Assembly: GCA_963790475.1 (NCBI GenBank)
Contig: CAWBOS010000001.1
Coordinates: forward strand, 32,001-96,000
Reading direction: 5' to 3'
DNA from: an uncultured delta proteobacterium
GTDB taxonomy: Bacteria; Desulfobacterota; RBG-13-43-22
DNA: 64,000 nt
Made by a program: the position numbers and the translations under genes. The notes below the pieces were generated by a model, which saw only the letters and a list, made by a program, of their open reading frames with translations, was not told the origin of the DNA and did no database searches. This document shows positions 46,122-56,670 of this stretch, piece after piece. How positions within the stretch are numbered: position 1 is the stretch's first letter; each line of letters begins with the position of its first letter.

Positions 46122-48017
46122 ATGACCGCAGATAAATTTAAACGTAAGCTGGCGGCCATCCTCAGTGCCGACGTCAAAGGGTACAGTCGTCTCATGGGTG
46201 TCGACGAGGAAGCCACTCTCCGTACTCTGCAGGAGTATAAGGAAGTGATGGCCAGCTGTATTCAGCACTACCGGGGCCGGGTAGTCGGGACTGCGGGAGA
46301 CAGCATTTTAGCCGAGTTTGACAGTGTGGTGGATGCGGTACAGTGCGCCGTGGAGATCCAGCAGGTGCTCAAGGCCAAGAACGCCCTGCTAACGGAGACC
46401 CGCCGGATGGAGTTTCGCATCGGGATCAACCTGGGGGATGTGATTGAAGAAGGAGATACGATCTACGGGGATGGGGTAAACATTGCCGCCCGGTTGGAGA
46501 GTTTAGCGGAGGCGGGTGGAATATGCATCTCCGAAAGTGCTTATCAACAGATTGAGAACAAGTTGCCCTTGAGGTATGAGTACCTCGGGGAACACCAAGT
46601 GAAGAACATCGCCAAGCCGGTTCGAGTTTATAAGGCGCAGATAGAGCCGGAGACAGCGCCCTCTCGGACGCGTGGAGAGAAAAAACCCGGGAAGAAGTTA
46701 TTTTTGCGGGCCATTTTGGGGATCGGGATCATTGCCTTGGGCCTGGCGGGCTTTTCCCTCTGGCATTTCGTCCTCCGTCCTGTCTTTCTTCAGAGGGACG
46801 TGGCTTCGAAGGGGAGGATGGCTTATCAACTGCCCGACAAGCCCTCCATTGTCGTTCTGCCCTTTACCAACATGAGCGGAGACCCAAAGCAGGAGTTTTT
46901 CAGTGACGGGATCACCGAGGATATCATCACCGCCCTTTCCAAGGTACCCATGCTGTTTGTCATTGCCCGTAATTCGGCCTTTACCTACAAGGGAAAACCG
47001 GTGAATGTCCGGCAGATAAGCGAAGAACTCGGTGTCCAATACGTGCTGGAGGGAAGTGTTCAGAAGTCTGCTGACCGTGTTCGGATCACCGCCCAGTTGA
47101 TCGACGCCCTTACCGGGCGTCACATTTGGGCCGAGCGCTACGATCGCCAGCTGAAAGACATATTCGCCCTGCAGGATGAAGTTACAAGCAACATACTCAG
47201 GGCCATGCAGGTGAAAATCACAGAGGGGGAACAAGCCCTGCATCGCGATAAGGGGATACGAAATCTCAATTGCTATTTGAAGTTGCTGGAAGGGAGAAAT
47301 TACTCGGATCGCTTCAATACCGAGGGTAACCAATTAGCCCGGCAGATGGGAGAAGAGGCTCTGGCCATGTGTCCGGAGTCTTCATCAGCCTACTACCTCC
47401 TGGCTGCTACCTACATGATGGATTACTGGAACGGCTTAGGCAAGTCTCCTCGGGAGTCTGTTGAAAAAGGCATTGAATTGGCAAAAAAGGCCCTGGCGCT
47501 GGATGATGCCTATGCCCAGCCCCATGGGTTATTGAGCTTCCTCTATTCCATAGAAAGAGAGTATGATAAGGCCCTGGTTGAGGGGGAGCGGGCTGTGGCT
47601 CTTGATCCTAACGGGGCTGATGTTAACGCCTGGTATGCCTCAAGTCTTATCTTCGCCGGGAAGCCGGGGAAAGCCATCCTCTTGCTACAAAAAGCAATCC
47701 GAAACAACCCTCTCGGTCCGGCCTGGTACTTTTTCAACCTCGGGAATGCCCTCCTGCACACGGGGCGATTTGAGGAGGCTGTTTTGGAATATAAAAAAGC
47801 GCTTCAGCGGGCGCCTAATAATATTTTCGCTCGTATTGGCCTGGCGGCTACGTACAGTATGATGGGCCGCGGGAAGGAGGCCCGGGCTGAAGCCACAGAA
47901 ATTCTCAGGATAAATCCAAAGTTTACTATTGATGACTATGTAAAGACTCTTCCGTACAAAGATCAATCGCAAATAGGCATTCTTGTTGATGCCAGCCGCA
48001 AGGCGGGGCTGAAGTGA
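46122..48017 (+). CDS. Class III adenylate/guanylate cyclase with TM segment, TolB-like domain and TPR repeats
   Basis: LAAILSADVKGYS, TAGD, FRIGINLGDV, GDGVNIAARLE, PSIVVLPF, TPR-like C-terminus. Confidence 0.93.
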   Translation: MTADKFKRKLAAILSADVKGYSRLMGVDEEATLRTLQEYKEVMASCIQHYRGRVVGTAGDSILAEFDSVVDAVQCAVEIQQVLKAKNALLTETRRMEFRIGINLGDVIEEGDTIYGDGVNIAARLESLAEAGGICISESAYQQIENKLPLRYEYLGEHQVKNIAKPVRVYKAQIEPETAPSRTRGEKKPGKKLFLRAILGIGIIALGLAGFSLWHFVLRPVFLQRDVASKGRMAYQLPDKPSIVVLPFTNMSGDPKQEFFSDGITEDIITALSKVPMLFVIARNSAFTYKGKPVNVRQISEELGVQYVLEGSVQKSADRVRITAQLIDALTGRHIWAERYDRQLKDIFALQDEVTSNILRAMQVKITEGEQALHRDKGIRNLNCYLKLLEGRNYSDRFNTEGNQLARQMGEEALAMCPESSSAYYLLAATYMMDYWNGLGKSPRESVEKGIELAKKALALDDAYAQPHGLLSFLYSIEREYDKALVEGERAVALDPNGADVNAWYASSLIFAGKPGKAILLLQKAIRNNPLGPAWYFFNLGNALLHTGRFEEAVLEYKKALQRAPNNIFARIGLAATYSMMGRGKEARAEATEILRINPKFTIDDYVKTLPYKDQSQIGILVDASRKAGLK

Positions 48018-48243
48018 GGGATCCCACGACAAAATCCTCAATGATCTTACATTTTTCAGTTTTTAATCCCTTACCCTCATAAATATACATTATTTTTTTC
48101 CTCAAAATACTCCCCCGCCTATATTTTCTTATTAACTTCCTTAGGCGATATTAAGACTAAAACGTGTTTATCTATGGGTATCCTTTATTTATTGCTTTGA
48201 CATTTGAAGGGCCCAATAAATTAAAAAGAAGAAGGAGGATGCT

Positions 48244-48483
48244 ATGGCTAATGCGCAGATGAGGAACCAAGAACTTCCCGCATTCAGTTTCCCACGACTG
48301 ATTGACTGCCCTCTTCAACCCGGTAACCTAAAAATCTCGGAAAGGGCCTGTCTTAAGCGTTACCAGGTCGCTCTGAATAGAAAAATTGAGAATAATAGTG
48401 GAGAAGATAGTTTTAATTATTTCTTGAATCAAGGACTTTTGAAGTGTCAACGATGCCCGATTGCAATAACGATGGCTTCATAA
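48244..48483 (+). CDS. Small Cys-containing hypothetical protein
   Basis: Strong AGGAGG RBS; four Cys including CQRC. Confidence 0.55.
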   Translation: MANAQMRNQELPAFSFPRLIDCPLQPGNLKISERACLKRYQVALNRKIENNSGEDSFNYFLNQGLLKCQRCPIAITMAS

Positions 48484-48649
48484 TATGACCCGGCAAGGTC
48501 CGGTCAGGTATTGCCCAAAAGGACAGAATAAGGCCTTTTAGGCCCGTTTCATCGCACCTGGCGTCAGGTTCATTTGCCCGCCAATCGCCAAGAGACCTGT
48601 TTTCTTCAGAAGACCTCCAGGTCCCCATGCCGTTTTTCCTATTTTCTTC

Positions 48650-48678
48650 TTGATCCGGTCTTTTTCTTTCCCTATACT
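48650..48678 (+). promoter_or_regulatory. Sigma70-like promoter, module A copy
   Basis: TTGATC-CGGTCTTTTTCTTTCCC(17)-TATACT. Confidence 0.7.
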
Positions 48679-48700
48679 CTTTCCAATGAAAAGAGCTATT

Positions 48701-49765
48701 ATGGAGAAATGTCCAAGGCCATCCTGGATCGCCATGAGGAGTTACGTGAGGTAGTGGTGGATTATTGCGCTCCCCTACTGGATCCGGATCTACTCAGCGC
48801 CGAGATGCAGCAATCTTTTAACCCCCTTATAAGAATCTACCTTTCCGAGGCCAGAACAGGTCATGATGAAGGCCGTATTCCGTTTGTCCCTTATACCAAC
48901 GGAACCTGGGTTAAGCTTTACCGAGATGCCAGACCTCAAGCCCCCCCAATAGACGTCCTCATTATGGAGATGTCGCCTCCTGATCGCAACGGATTTCTCA
49001 CCTTTGGGGGATCGGTGTGGGAATCCCATTTTCATTCCAAAAGCGCCGGCCTGGTCATTGCTGAAATCGATGAACATATAATCAGGTCTCACGGTGATAC
49101 GATTCGGCACGGGTAAGAACACCAGGCATATCATCAACGAAGGCGTGTTTGATGATTGCAACGATATCGGTATTTTTTTCGAACTTGGGTGTCCGAATAT
49201 GGCTCTGCTGGTGAAACGGGGAATCGCGACCGGGAAATATGCCACCTTACACCCGGGCAAGGCTATTTTCACCGGCCTGCAAGGCATGACCCCGGAAGAT
49301 ATGGATTATATTAATGACAACCCTCTTTTTGAGCTCTATAGCGGAGAATATGTCGTTAACCTATCCAACATTTCTAAAAATGAAAATATGATGTCCATCA
49401 ATAATATCGTTGGTATAGACTTGACCGGTCAAATAACCTGTGAATCCCAATTCGGACCGAGATTGATCAATGGGGCCGGTGGGCAGATTGAATTTCATAT
49501 AGGGGCTTCTCTAGCCAAAAACGGTAAGGCTGTATCTATCCTGCCCTCTACCTATGGAGATGGTGAAATTTCCAATATTGTCCCCTATTTTGAAAAAGGC
49601 ACTTTAGTGACCCTGTCCAGATACTGGGCGGATTATGTGGTGACTGAATATGGGGTGGCTTCCCTGATTGGGAAGAGCCATCGTGAACGGGCTGAGGCAT
49701 TGATAAGCATTGCTCATCCGAAATTCAGGGATGAGCTTAGCGAGGCGGCTAAAGATTTTTGTTAG
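48701..49765 (+). pseudogene. Acetyl-CoA hydrolase/4-hydroxybutyrate CoA-transferase gene with internal deletions and frameshift
   Basis: SPPDRNGF...VIAEID...SHGDT switches frame at about 49100 to GTG...DLTGQ...GAGGQIEF...DYVVTEYGVA...RERAEALISIAHPKFR; linker and N-terminus shortened. Confidence 0.8.
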
Positions 49766-49851
49766 AGGCTGTTCCTATCTCGCCCGGGGACCCGATCTCC
49801 GGGTCTGTTGGAATTTTGACTAAATCTATGAAGGAGAAACAAGGAGGGCTA

Positions 49852-50301
49852 ATGGTTTCAAAAATTCTTGTGCCGACAGACGGGTCAAAGGCAGCTCAAA
49901 AGGCGGCCAGATATGCGGTTAACCTTGCCAAAGAGTTAAAGGCTCTGATAATTGTCCTGAGTGTTATCGATCAACGTTTATTGATAAACCAGGCAGTACT
50001 GGCGAGTGAGACGGAGATGGTCGCCATAGAGCCTATCGAAAATTATCTGCGGAAGGCTGCCAAAAAGTATGTCGGAGAGATAAAGAAATTGTGCGAAAAA
50101 AACGGTGTCCTTTCCAAGACGGTGATAATTACAGGGCATCCTGTTGAAGAAATTGTGAAGGAGGCCGAGAAGTCAAAGGTGGATCTCATTGTTATAGGTT
50201 CTCATGGAAGGAGCGCGTTAGCGGCCGCGGTCCTTGGAAGTGTCGCCTATGGCGTAATCCACAACGAGACAAAAATTCCTAGTATGATTGTAAAGCGGTG
50301 A
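49852..50301 (+). CDS. Universal stress protein (UspA family)
   Basis: KILVPTDGS, DLIVIGSHGRS, LGSVA. Confidence 0.93.
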   Translation: MVSKILVPTDGSKAAQKAARYAVNLAKELKALIIVLSVIDQRLLINQAVLASETEMVAIEPIENYLRKAAKKYVGEIKKLCEKNGVLSKTVIITGHPVEEIVKEAEKSKVDLIVIGSHGRSALAAAVLGSVAYGVIHNETKIPSMIVKR

Positions 50302-50446
50302 TCCATTGGGGCTTATTTGAGCATGAAGCGGTCCCAAGGACCGTTTTAGAAATACAATCAGGCGTTTTGACTAAGGGTTTCTTTTTAGGGTAACTTAGTC
50401 AACAGCGATCGATGAAGGAAAGAAGAAAGTCTATTGTGGGAGGCCT

Positions 50447-52027
50447 ATGAAAATTCTGATATGTGACGGACTGGATGAAAGCGGTTTGGACTTACTGCGA
50501 TCAGCGGAAGGATTTGAGGTGGACGTTCCTGATCAATGGAGCATGGAAGAGATTACCGAGCAACTGCCCCGGTATGAGGCCATGATCATTCGAAGCCGCA
50601 CCAAGGTGACGGAAAAAATGCTCCAAAAAGCCGACCGGCTCAGGGTGATCGGGCGGGCCGGGACCGGGGTTGACAATATCGATGTCTCCTCAGCCAGCGA
50701 CCGGGGCATTCTGGTCATGAATACCCCGGGGGTCAACGCCATGGCCGCGGCCGAACATACCATAGCCCTGATGCTGGCTTTGTCGAGGCACATTGCTCAG
50801 GCCTCTCAATCCGTGCGCCTGGGCCGCTGGGAGAAGAAGCGCTTTCTCGGGACTGAGATCAATGAGCAGGCCCTGGGGGTCATCGGCCTGGGAAGGATTG
50901 GGTCTATTGTAGCCGACCGGGCGGCGGGGATGGGGATGGAGGTCATTGGTCACGACCCCTATATTACTCCGGAGGCGGCCTCCAAACTGGGTATTACCTG
51001 GGTGGAGTTGGACGAACTCCTGGCCCGGAGTGATTTCATCACCCTGCACACCCCTCTGAACAAGGAGACGGAAGGGATCATCAATAGATCGACCATCGCC
51101 AAAATGAAATGGGGCGCCCGGATCATCAATTGTGCCCGGGGGGGGCTGATCGATGAAGAGGCCCTCCTTGAGGCCCTTCAGGAAGGACGTATCGCCGGTG
51201 CGGCTTTGGATGTCTTCTCCTCGGAACCCCCGATCAACAATCCCTTAATCGGACTTGAAAATGTGATTGCGACCCCTCATCTGGGGGCCTCCAGTATCCA
51301 GGCCCAGACCAATGTGGCCCGCAGCATTGCCCTCCAATTGATGGATTATCTTCTGCGCGGGATTATCCGAAATGCCGTCAATTTTCCCAATATCAGTGCC
51401 AAAGCCTATGAAAAAATGCGTCCTTATCTCATTCTGGCGGAAAAGCTGGGGTCGCTCCAGGGTCAGGTAAGCTCTCTGGTTGAGAAGCTGGAGATTGAAT
51501 ACAGCGGTTCGGATCTGGAGGATCTGCCTTGGGAACCGATTACCCAGACGGTCATCAAAGGATTTCTTGAACCGGTGCTGGCGGAAAAAGTCAATCTGGT
51601 CAATGCCCCCATTCTGCTCCGGCGGCGGCAGATCGAACTGATCACTTCTTCCACCTCTGATACACGGGGGTACCAGGGCATGATTATGGTGCGGGCCAGC
51701 GGAAAGGGACAGGTCTCCTCCGCCCGGGGTACGGTCTTCCCCGGAGAAGGTCCCCGTCTGATCCGTCTCAACACCTTCCGGCTGGAGGCCGAACTGGAAG
51801 GTATTAATCTTATCCTGCAAAACCTGGATAAGCCCGGAGTCATCGGACTGATCGGCACCACGCTGGGAGAATTCCAGGTCAATATCGCCAACATGCACTT
51901 GAGCCGCACCCCGGTCAGGGACCGGGCCTTGTCCATTATCCGAATAGACCAGGAGCCGCCGGTCGAGGCCCTGGAGAGACTTCGACAACACCCGAATATC
52001 ATCTCCGTTCAATTGGTCAGATTATAA
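50447..52027 (+). CDS. serA: D-3-phosphoglycerate dehydrogenase
   Basis: IRSRTKVT, GRAGTGVDNID, GLGRIG, NCARGG, ALDVF, TPHLGAS, ASB and ACT (DKPGVIG) domains; 526 aa. Confidence 0.95.
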   Translation: MKILICDGLDESGLDLLRSAEGFEVDVPDQWSMEEITEQLPRYEAMIIRSRTKVTEKMLQKADRLRVIGRAGTGVDNIDVSSASDRGILVMNTPGVNAMAAAEHTIALMLALSRHIAQASQSVRLGRWEKKRFLGTEINEQALGVIGLGRIGSIVADRAAGMGMEVIGHDPYITPEAASKLGITWVELDELLARSDFITLHTPLNKETEGIINRSTIAKMKWGARIINCARGGLIDEEALLEALQEGRIAGAALDVFSSEPPINNPLIGLENVIATPHLGASSIQAQTNVARSIALQLMDYLLRGIIRNAVNFPNISAKAYEKMRPYLILAEKLGSLQGQVSSLVEKLEIEYSGSDLEDLPWEPITQTVIKGFLEPVLAEKVNLVNAPILLRRRQIELITSSTSDTRGYQGMIMVRASGKGQVSSARGTVFPGEGPRLIRLNTFRLEAELEGINLILQNLDKPGVIGLIGTTLGEFQVNIANMHLSRTPVRDRALSIIRIDQEPPVEALERLRQHPNIISVQLVRL

Positions 52028-52313
52028 AATTTTCCCAAAAAACATCCCAAGCTAAATCTAATCAAAATACCCTACCGATAATTCGAAGGGAAAAGGTTTT
52101 GTTCTTTACGGCCTCAGGAACGATTTGAAGAAAAAAATACCTAACTAACATCTTTTCCAATATTTGAGGAAGCGAGGAATCTGGACTTTTGTGTTCATTT
52201 AATATTTGGCCCCCTGACCTTTCAGAAGGCTTGAACGATGGTCAACTCTTCCAAAATATTTCTATTTCAATCCTTTTAAACAATAGAGTGCTTGGGATCA
52301 GGTTATGCCCTTA

Positions 52314-53546
52314 TTACTTTTCTTCAGGCGGTTTGATATTTTCAAAAAAAAGTCTGAACAGACCGGCATTAACAGCCAGGACAATTGTTACCAGCCACAT
52401 GGGGGCCGCCGAGGATATACTGTGCATCAGATGAGAGGCAATCGTCGGGGCGACCATACCGGTGGCCTGAGCCGGCAGACTGCCGATGGCCGCCACCTTG
52501 GACCGGCTTTTTTCCGAGGCCACACCCATAACAAAGGATTGCCGAATCGGCATACTGATAGAGTTGACCATGACCCGGATGGTGTAGGCCACAGCAGCCA
52601 CTAAAAAAGTGGGGGCCAGGGCCATTCCCGCCATGAGGACCACAGTCCCCAGACGGGTCCATACAATGGCATTGACGGCACCGAACCTCTTGGCAATGGC
52701 CGGAGCCAATAAATAAGAAAGGGCGGACAGCAGGTTGGCTACGGTGTAGAGTGCCGCTATTCCCGTGGATCGCACCCCGAAATGAACGGAAAACCAATAT
52801 GTCAGGAAAGGCCCGACGATGCCCATAACAAAACCATTTATACCGTTGGTGAGCCACAGGCGGGCGATTAAATTGCCGGTCGAGATTTTATTTTCTTCTA
52901 CCGTCGGTTTGGCAAAGGGAAGTTGAGACCTTTCCCGAACAGGGAAGGCTAAAAAGAACACGGCCAGGCTGGCCAAAGCAGCGATCCAAAAGACCGGATG
53001 AAAGGAGCTGATGATATCCATTTCAGTGTGTCTATGAAGAATCCCGGGCAAGGCCGCCACGGAAGAACCCGCGGCACCGGCCAGCACCCCCACCAAAGAC
53101 AGAGAGGAAAAGATGGTATTGCGGTCTTCGTCTGATCCGCTCCCCGCAATTAATGCCTGTTCGGCGGGATAGAAGGGGCCGAAGCCGCCGCCGCTCCCGG
53201 CCCCTCCTCCTCGTACCGAGGCCATGGCCGCCATAATGGATAGGACCCAGAACCGGGTAGTCATGGCGAAGACCGCCGACCCTATGGCCGCTATTATCGC
53301 GATTACCATCAGGATACGCTTTCGTCCATAGCGGTCGGAAAAGACGCCTACCAGGAGAGTCATTCCGGTTGAACCCGCCATAGCGAAAGAAAGCAGATAT
53401 CCCACTTGCAAAGTGGAATAACCGGCGGCAGAAACATAAAGGGGAACAACAATAACCAGGATGGCCTGGGAAAAGCTGCGTACAATTCGAGCGGCAAAGA
53501 GCCAGGGCATATTCCCGATAAACCAGGCTGGACGTTGGACAGTCAT
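52314..53546 (-). CDS. MFS transporter
   Basis: SDRYGRKR motif A, GPFYPAEQA, about 12 TM helices. Confidence 0.9.
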   Translation of the reverse strand: MTVQRPAWFIGNMPWLFAARIVRSFSQAILVIVVPLYVSAAGYSTLQVGYLLSFAMAGSTGMTLLVGVFSDRYGRKRILMVIAIIAAIGSAVFAMTTRFWVLSIMAAMASVRGGGAGSGGGFGPFYPAEQALIAGSGSDEDRNTIFSSLSLVGVLAGAAGSSVAALPGILHRHTEMDIISSFHPVFWIAALASLAVFFLAFPVRERSQLPFAKPTVEENKISTGNLIARLWLTNGINGFVMGIVGPFLTYWFSVHFGVRSTGIAALYTVANLLSALSYLLAPAIAKRFGAVNAIVWTRLGTVVLMAGMALAPTFLVAAVAYTIRVMVNSISMPIRQSFVMGVASEKSRSKVAAIGSLPAQATGMVAPTIASHLMHSISSAAPMWLVTIVLAVNAGLFRLFFENIKPPEEK

Positions 53547-53547
53547 T

Positions 53548-53946
53548 TCATCCTACCATCCCGATTTTCAAGGGTCGTCGTTCCGGCCGCCGCCGGAATT
53601 TTCTGAGCAGGGCGGTCTTGCCCGAGTTGTCCTGGCGATCCTTCTCATAGGCCACAAAAAAAATAAGGGTCCGCAATTTCCCCAAATCGTCTCTTGTCGG
53701 CAAATAACCGGCCTTAGCCGTATAATGGAGATCCTTACCATTCAAGGTAATGAGGTGACGGGTAATCGAGAGGGGCTCTTTAGCCTGTGTCTCCGGGATT
53801 TCCTTGACGGTTGCTTTTCCATGAAACTGGGACCTGTTTTTCTCCGGCGCCTGCGCCAACGGTTCGGGCACCGGTACCGGGAATAAGAAGGTGATAAGAA
53901 CGAGATCCTTTTTCACTATTTGGAAGGGAAGGGCAAGGTGCTTCAT
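53548..53946 (-). pseudogene. N-terminal remnant of an S10 serine carboxypeptidase-like gene
   Basis: ITRHLITLNGKDLHYTAKAGYLP...IFFVAYEK breaks off just before the expected FNGGPG motif. Confidence 0.7.
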
Positions 53947-54255
53947 CTTCTTTCCATATCTTGATCGATTCTTCTCAGGCTGAACAAAAAAGGATTTCCC
54001 TTCTTATCTTATTCCACCTGGACCATAGCGCTATTTCCAGTATGGATAAATATTTTCCCATTTATAAACGTATTAATGGAATAAAGGAATGCCTTTATTT
54101 TTTAGTGAAATACATAGTATTTTTATCCCCCTTTTCCCGTCCTAACCGGATTTTGGAAGAATACCAAGTCGAAACCCCTCCAAACCGAATTCTTCCATGC
54201 TTTCCGGTGTTCTGAATAGTGATCGAAAAGCAGATGAAAGGGAGGCCGTACGAAG

Positions 54256-54361
54256 ATGTTAGGTAAGGAAGTAAGGCATTTTAAAAATTTGATGGTTTGG
54301 CATAAGAGTCATCAATTATTTCTTGACGTTGTATAGTTTAAAGAAAAAAATGCGGAACTAA
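54256..54361 (+). pseudogene. Collapsed four-helix-bundle (23S rRNA IVP family) gene
   Basis: RBS plus MLGKEVRHFKNLMVWHKSHQLFLDVV, followed in another frame by SLKKKMRN-stop. Confidence 0.7.
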
Positions 54362-54487
54362 AATCTTCTCACTGACATCTTCATTTGTTCTTTATGTTGA
54401 GACCCCAGACCGGACAGACTAAATAGGCCGGAAAAGGTTGAAAGATAAAATCAAAAGTGAATGAATTGGGAAATGTCCCCCTTTTCA
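54357..54487. repeat. Permuted duplicate of 61935-62063
   Basis: Block A (copy of the Smr gene 3' end) then block B here; B then A at 61935-62063. Confidence 0.8.
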
Positions 54488-54522
54488 TTGATCAGAAAAC
54501 CGCCAGTCTTGCTGCATGAAGT

Positions 54523-54848
54523 TCAGGCCAGAATGGTTGCCAGCAAGACAGCCAGGATGCCGGAAAGAAAAATGCCGTCAAAGGTGCCGGCCCCTCCGAT
54601 AGAGGCCACCGGGGCCCCCAGGTCCTCGATTTTTTTCAGATTCAACAGGTCCGCTCCGATAAGGGTGCCGAGGGACCCGGAGATATAGGCCACCACCGGT
54701 GCGTTGTTGTAGGCAATGATAAGGGAGGGGGAATGCCGATTTTTTCAAAGGCCAAGACCACCAGGTTGATCTGAACCATAGCGAAAGAAAAGACCAGGAT
54801 GAAAAAAAATAGCAACATAATCAGAAGGGAGAGGGGATTGAAAAACAT
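54523..54848 (-). pseudogene. Internally deleted DUF1614 membrane-protein gene
   Basis: MFFNPLS...AFEKIGIPP joined out of frame to AYISGSLGTLIGADLLNL...ASIGGAGTFDGIFLSGILAVLL-stop. Confidence 0.8.
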
Positions 54849-55195
54849 AAAAACTCCTTTCTGGAAAATCCTGCGATTCTGAACGGTTTACTTCCCGGTC
54901 CATCAGCTTTTTCCACCGCCGGCAAGTTATTCGGCTTTCCCAGTTCTATTTTTTCGCCTTCCGCCAGGTCGATTATCCACCAGGGCCTGACACAAAACGG
55001 CGATCCAGGCGAAATCGCCCCGCCCGAACCGGAAGAAGTCTTCCAGCAAGAGTTTACAATAACGGAACGGATATTCACAAGAAGATAATATTTACGGTGC
55101 TGAAAAAAGGAAAAAGAATTCTTAAGATGGGATCCCGGACCGGATTGGAAACCGATATTTCACATCCGTTATTTCCGGATGGATGCTAATTAGGG

Positions 55196-55236
55196 AGACC
55201 AGATAGACTAGACGGACCAGAGAGACTCAATAGACC
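55196..55236. repeat. Degenerate 9-bp tandem repeat (AGACCAGAT)
   Basis: AGACCAGAT AGACTAGAC GGACCAGAG AGACTCAAT AGACC; related triplets at 54407 and 61935. Confidence 0.7.
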
Positions 55237-55297
55237 CTTTTTTATTTTTGGTTTGGTTTATGGAGGGGGCTAGTTTGCCCCCCCCTCGGGTTGTCAC

Positions 55298-55480
55298 TAA
55301 TGAATAATGTCCCATCTTCTTTTTCATCTCCTGATCGATCCGGATAGGGGCGGTAATGGGGCCGATTCTTCGGGCACCTACATTGGTTTTTCCGTTAAAG
55401 TTCTGAACCCAGGGCCACCAGGCTAAAAAATAGTAGGCAGTGGGAAGCACGATGCAGGGGGCCTGCTCAAGGGCGTTAAC
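55298..55480 (-). pseudogene. C-terminal remnant of a family 5 ABC substrate-binding protein gene
   Basis: ALEQAPCIVLPTAYYFLAWWPWVQNFNG...IRIDQEMKKKMG resembles recalled SBP_bac_5 C-termini. Confidence 0.55.
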
Positions 55481-55666
55481 ACCCGGCCAATACACTAATT
55501 AAGCTGATCAGAGGGTTTGAATGAATCCCCTCCTTAAGTCGGATACTCCGGGGTCTTTTGAAAGGAGACGTTATTTTTGATGTTCAAATTTTGATTATCC
55601 TGTAGAATTACCCGGGCTGAAGGGCTAAAAATTTAATAATCATGAACCTCAACGGGGAGCGGAGAG

Positions 55667-56670
55667 ATGAAAGCAGCGGTTTATTATGGACCAAGAGACA
55701 TCAGGGTTGAAGAAGTGGCGATACCTAAACTGGAGAAGGGGGAGGTTCTCTTGAGGATCCGCGCCTGCGGAATATGCGGTTCGGACCTTCACACTTACCG
55801 TCAGGGGATGTTTGAAGACCTTGGAACACCTGTTGAAAACGGTCGTGTCCTGGGTCACGAGTTTAGCGGAGAAGTGATTGAGATGAACGGAGATATCCCC
55901 CACATAAGGATCGGGGACAGGGTTTGCGCCGTCGGCCCGGCGGCAACGCGGAATATGCCAGAATTCCGGCCTTAATTACCCCGATTATAACCCCGATTCC
56001 GGACACGGTCAGCTTCGAGGAAGCCGCGACGGTCGAACCGCTGGCTACCTCCCTCCATGCCGTAAACTTGGCTCGTCCTGTGAGGGGTGAGACCCATGTG
56101 ATTATCGGGGCCGGCATAATCGGGCTTGGGATTTTGCAGGTGCTGAAGGCCAAGGCCGAAGTCAATACGATTGTCATCGATCTTTCGGACAGAAGGCTCA
56201 GCATGGGCCGGGAGTTGGGAGCCGACACCGTCGTAAATGCTGCCATGGAAGAGGCCCTGGAAAAAGTCAGGGCGTTGACCGGAACGGAGATGTCATCCAT
56301 TATATCCACGCCGACAGGAATGGCCGATGTGGTCTATGACTGCGCCGGCCTGACAAAAGGATACACCGGCACCTCGGCACTACAGCAGGCGATTACCATG
56401 ACCAGACAGAACGGCAAGGTGGTTGTTGTGGCGGTTTTTGAGCGGACTCCGGAGGTCGACTTTAGCTTGATGGTGCGGAAAGGACTCACCATGTTCGGGT
56501 CCTGGGCCTGGTCTCCTGACGAGTTTTTTGCGGCGCTGGAGTTGATACGCTCGGGCAAGGTGGACAGAAAAAAGATCATCAGCCATCAATTTCCATTGGA
56601 CAGGGCCGCCGAGGCCTATGAAACACAGTCGAAGGCGGATGATGCAGTCAAGGTCATGATAGTGCCTTAG
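55667..56670 (+). pseudogene. Zn-dependent (MDR) dehydrogenase split by a frameshift at about 55935
   Basis: CGICGSDLH and GHEFSG in 55667-55975; GGNAEY, EPLA, GAGIIG, ISHQFPL in 55924-56670; no structural-Zn Cys cluster. Confidence 0.85.

Noticed and set aside
49759-49851. N-terminal extension of the UspA ORF
   Set aside because: RBS AGGAGG and family alignment place the start at 49852.
55196-55236. CRISPR array
   Set aside because: Contiguous 9-bp units without spacers; no cas genes in the window.
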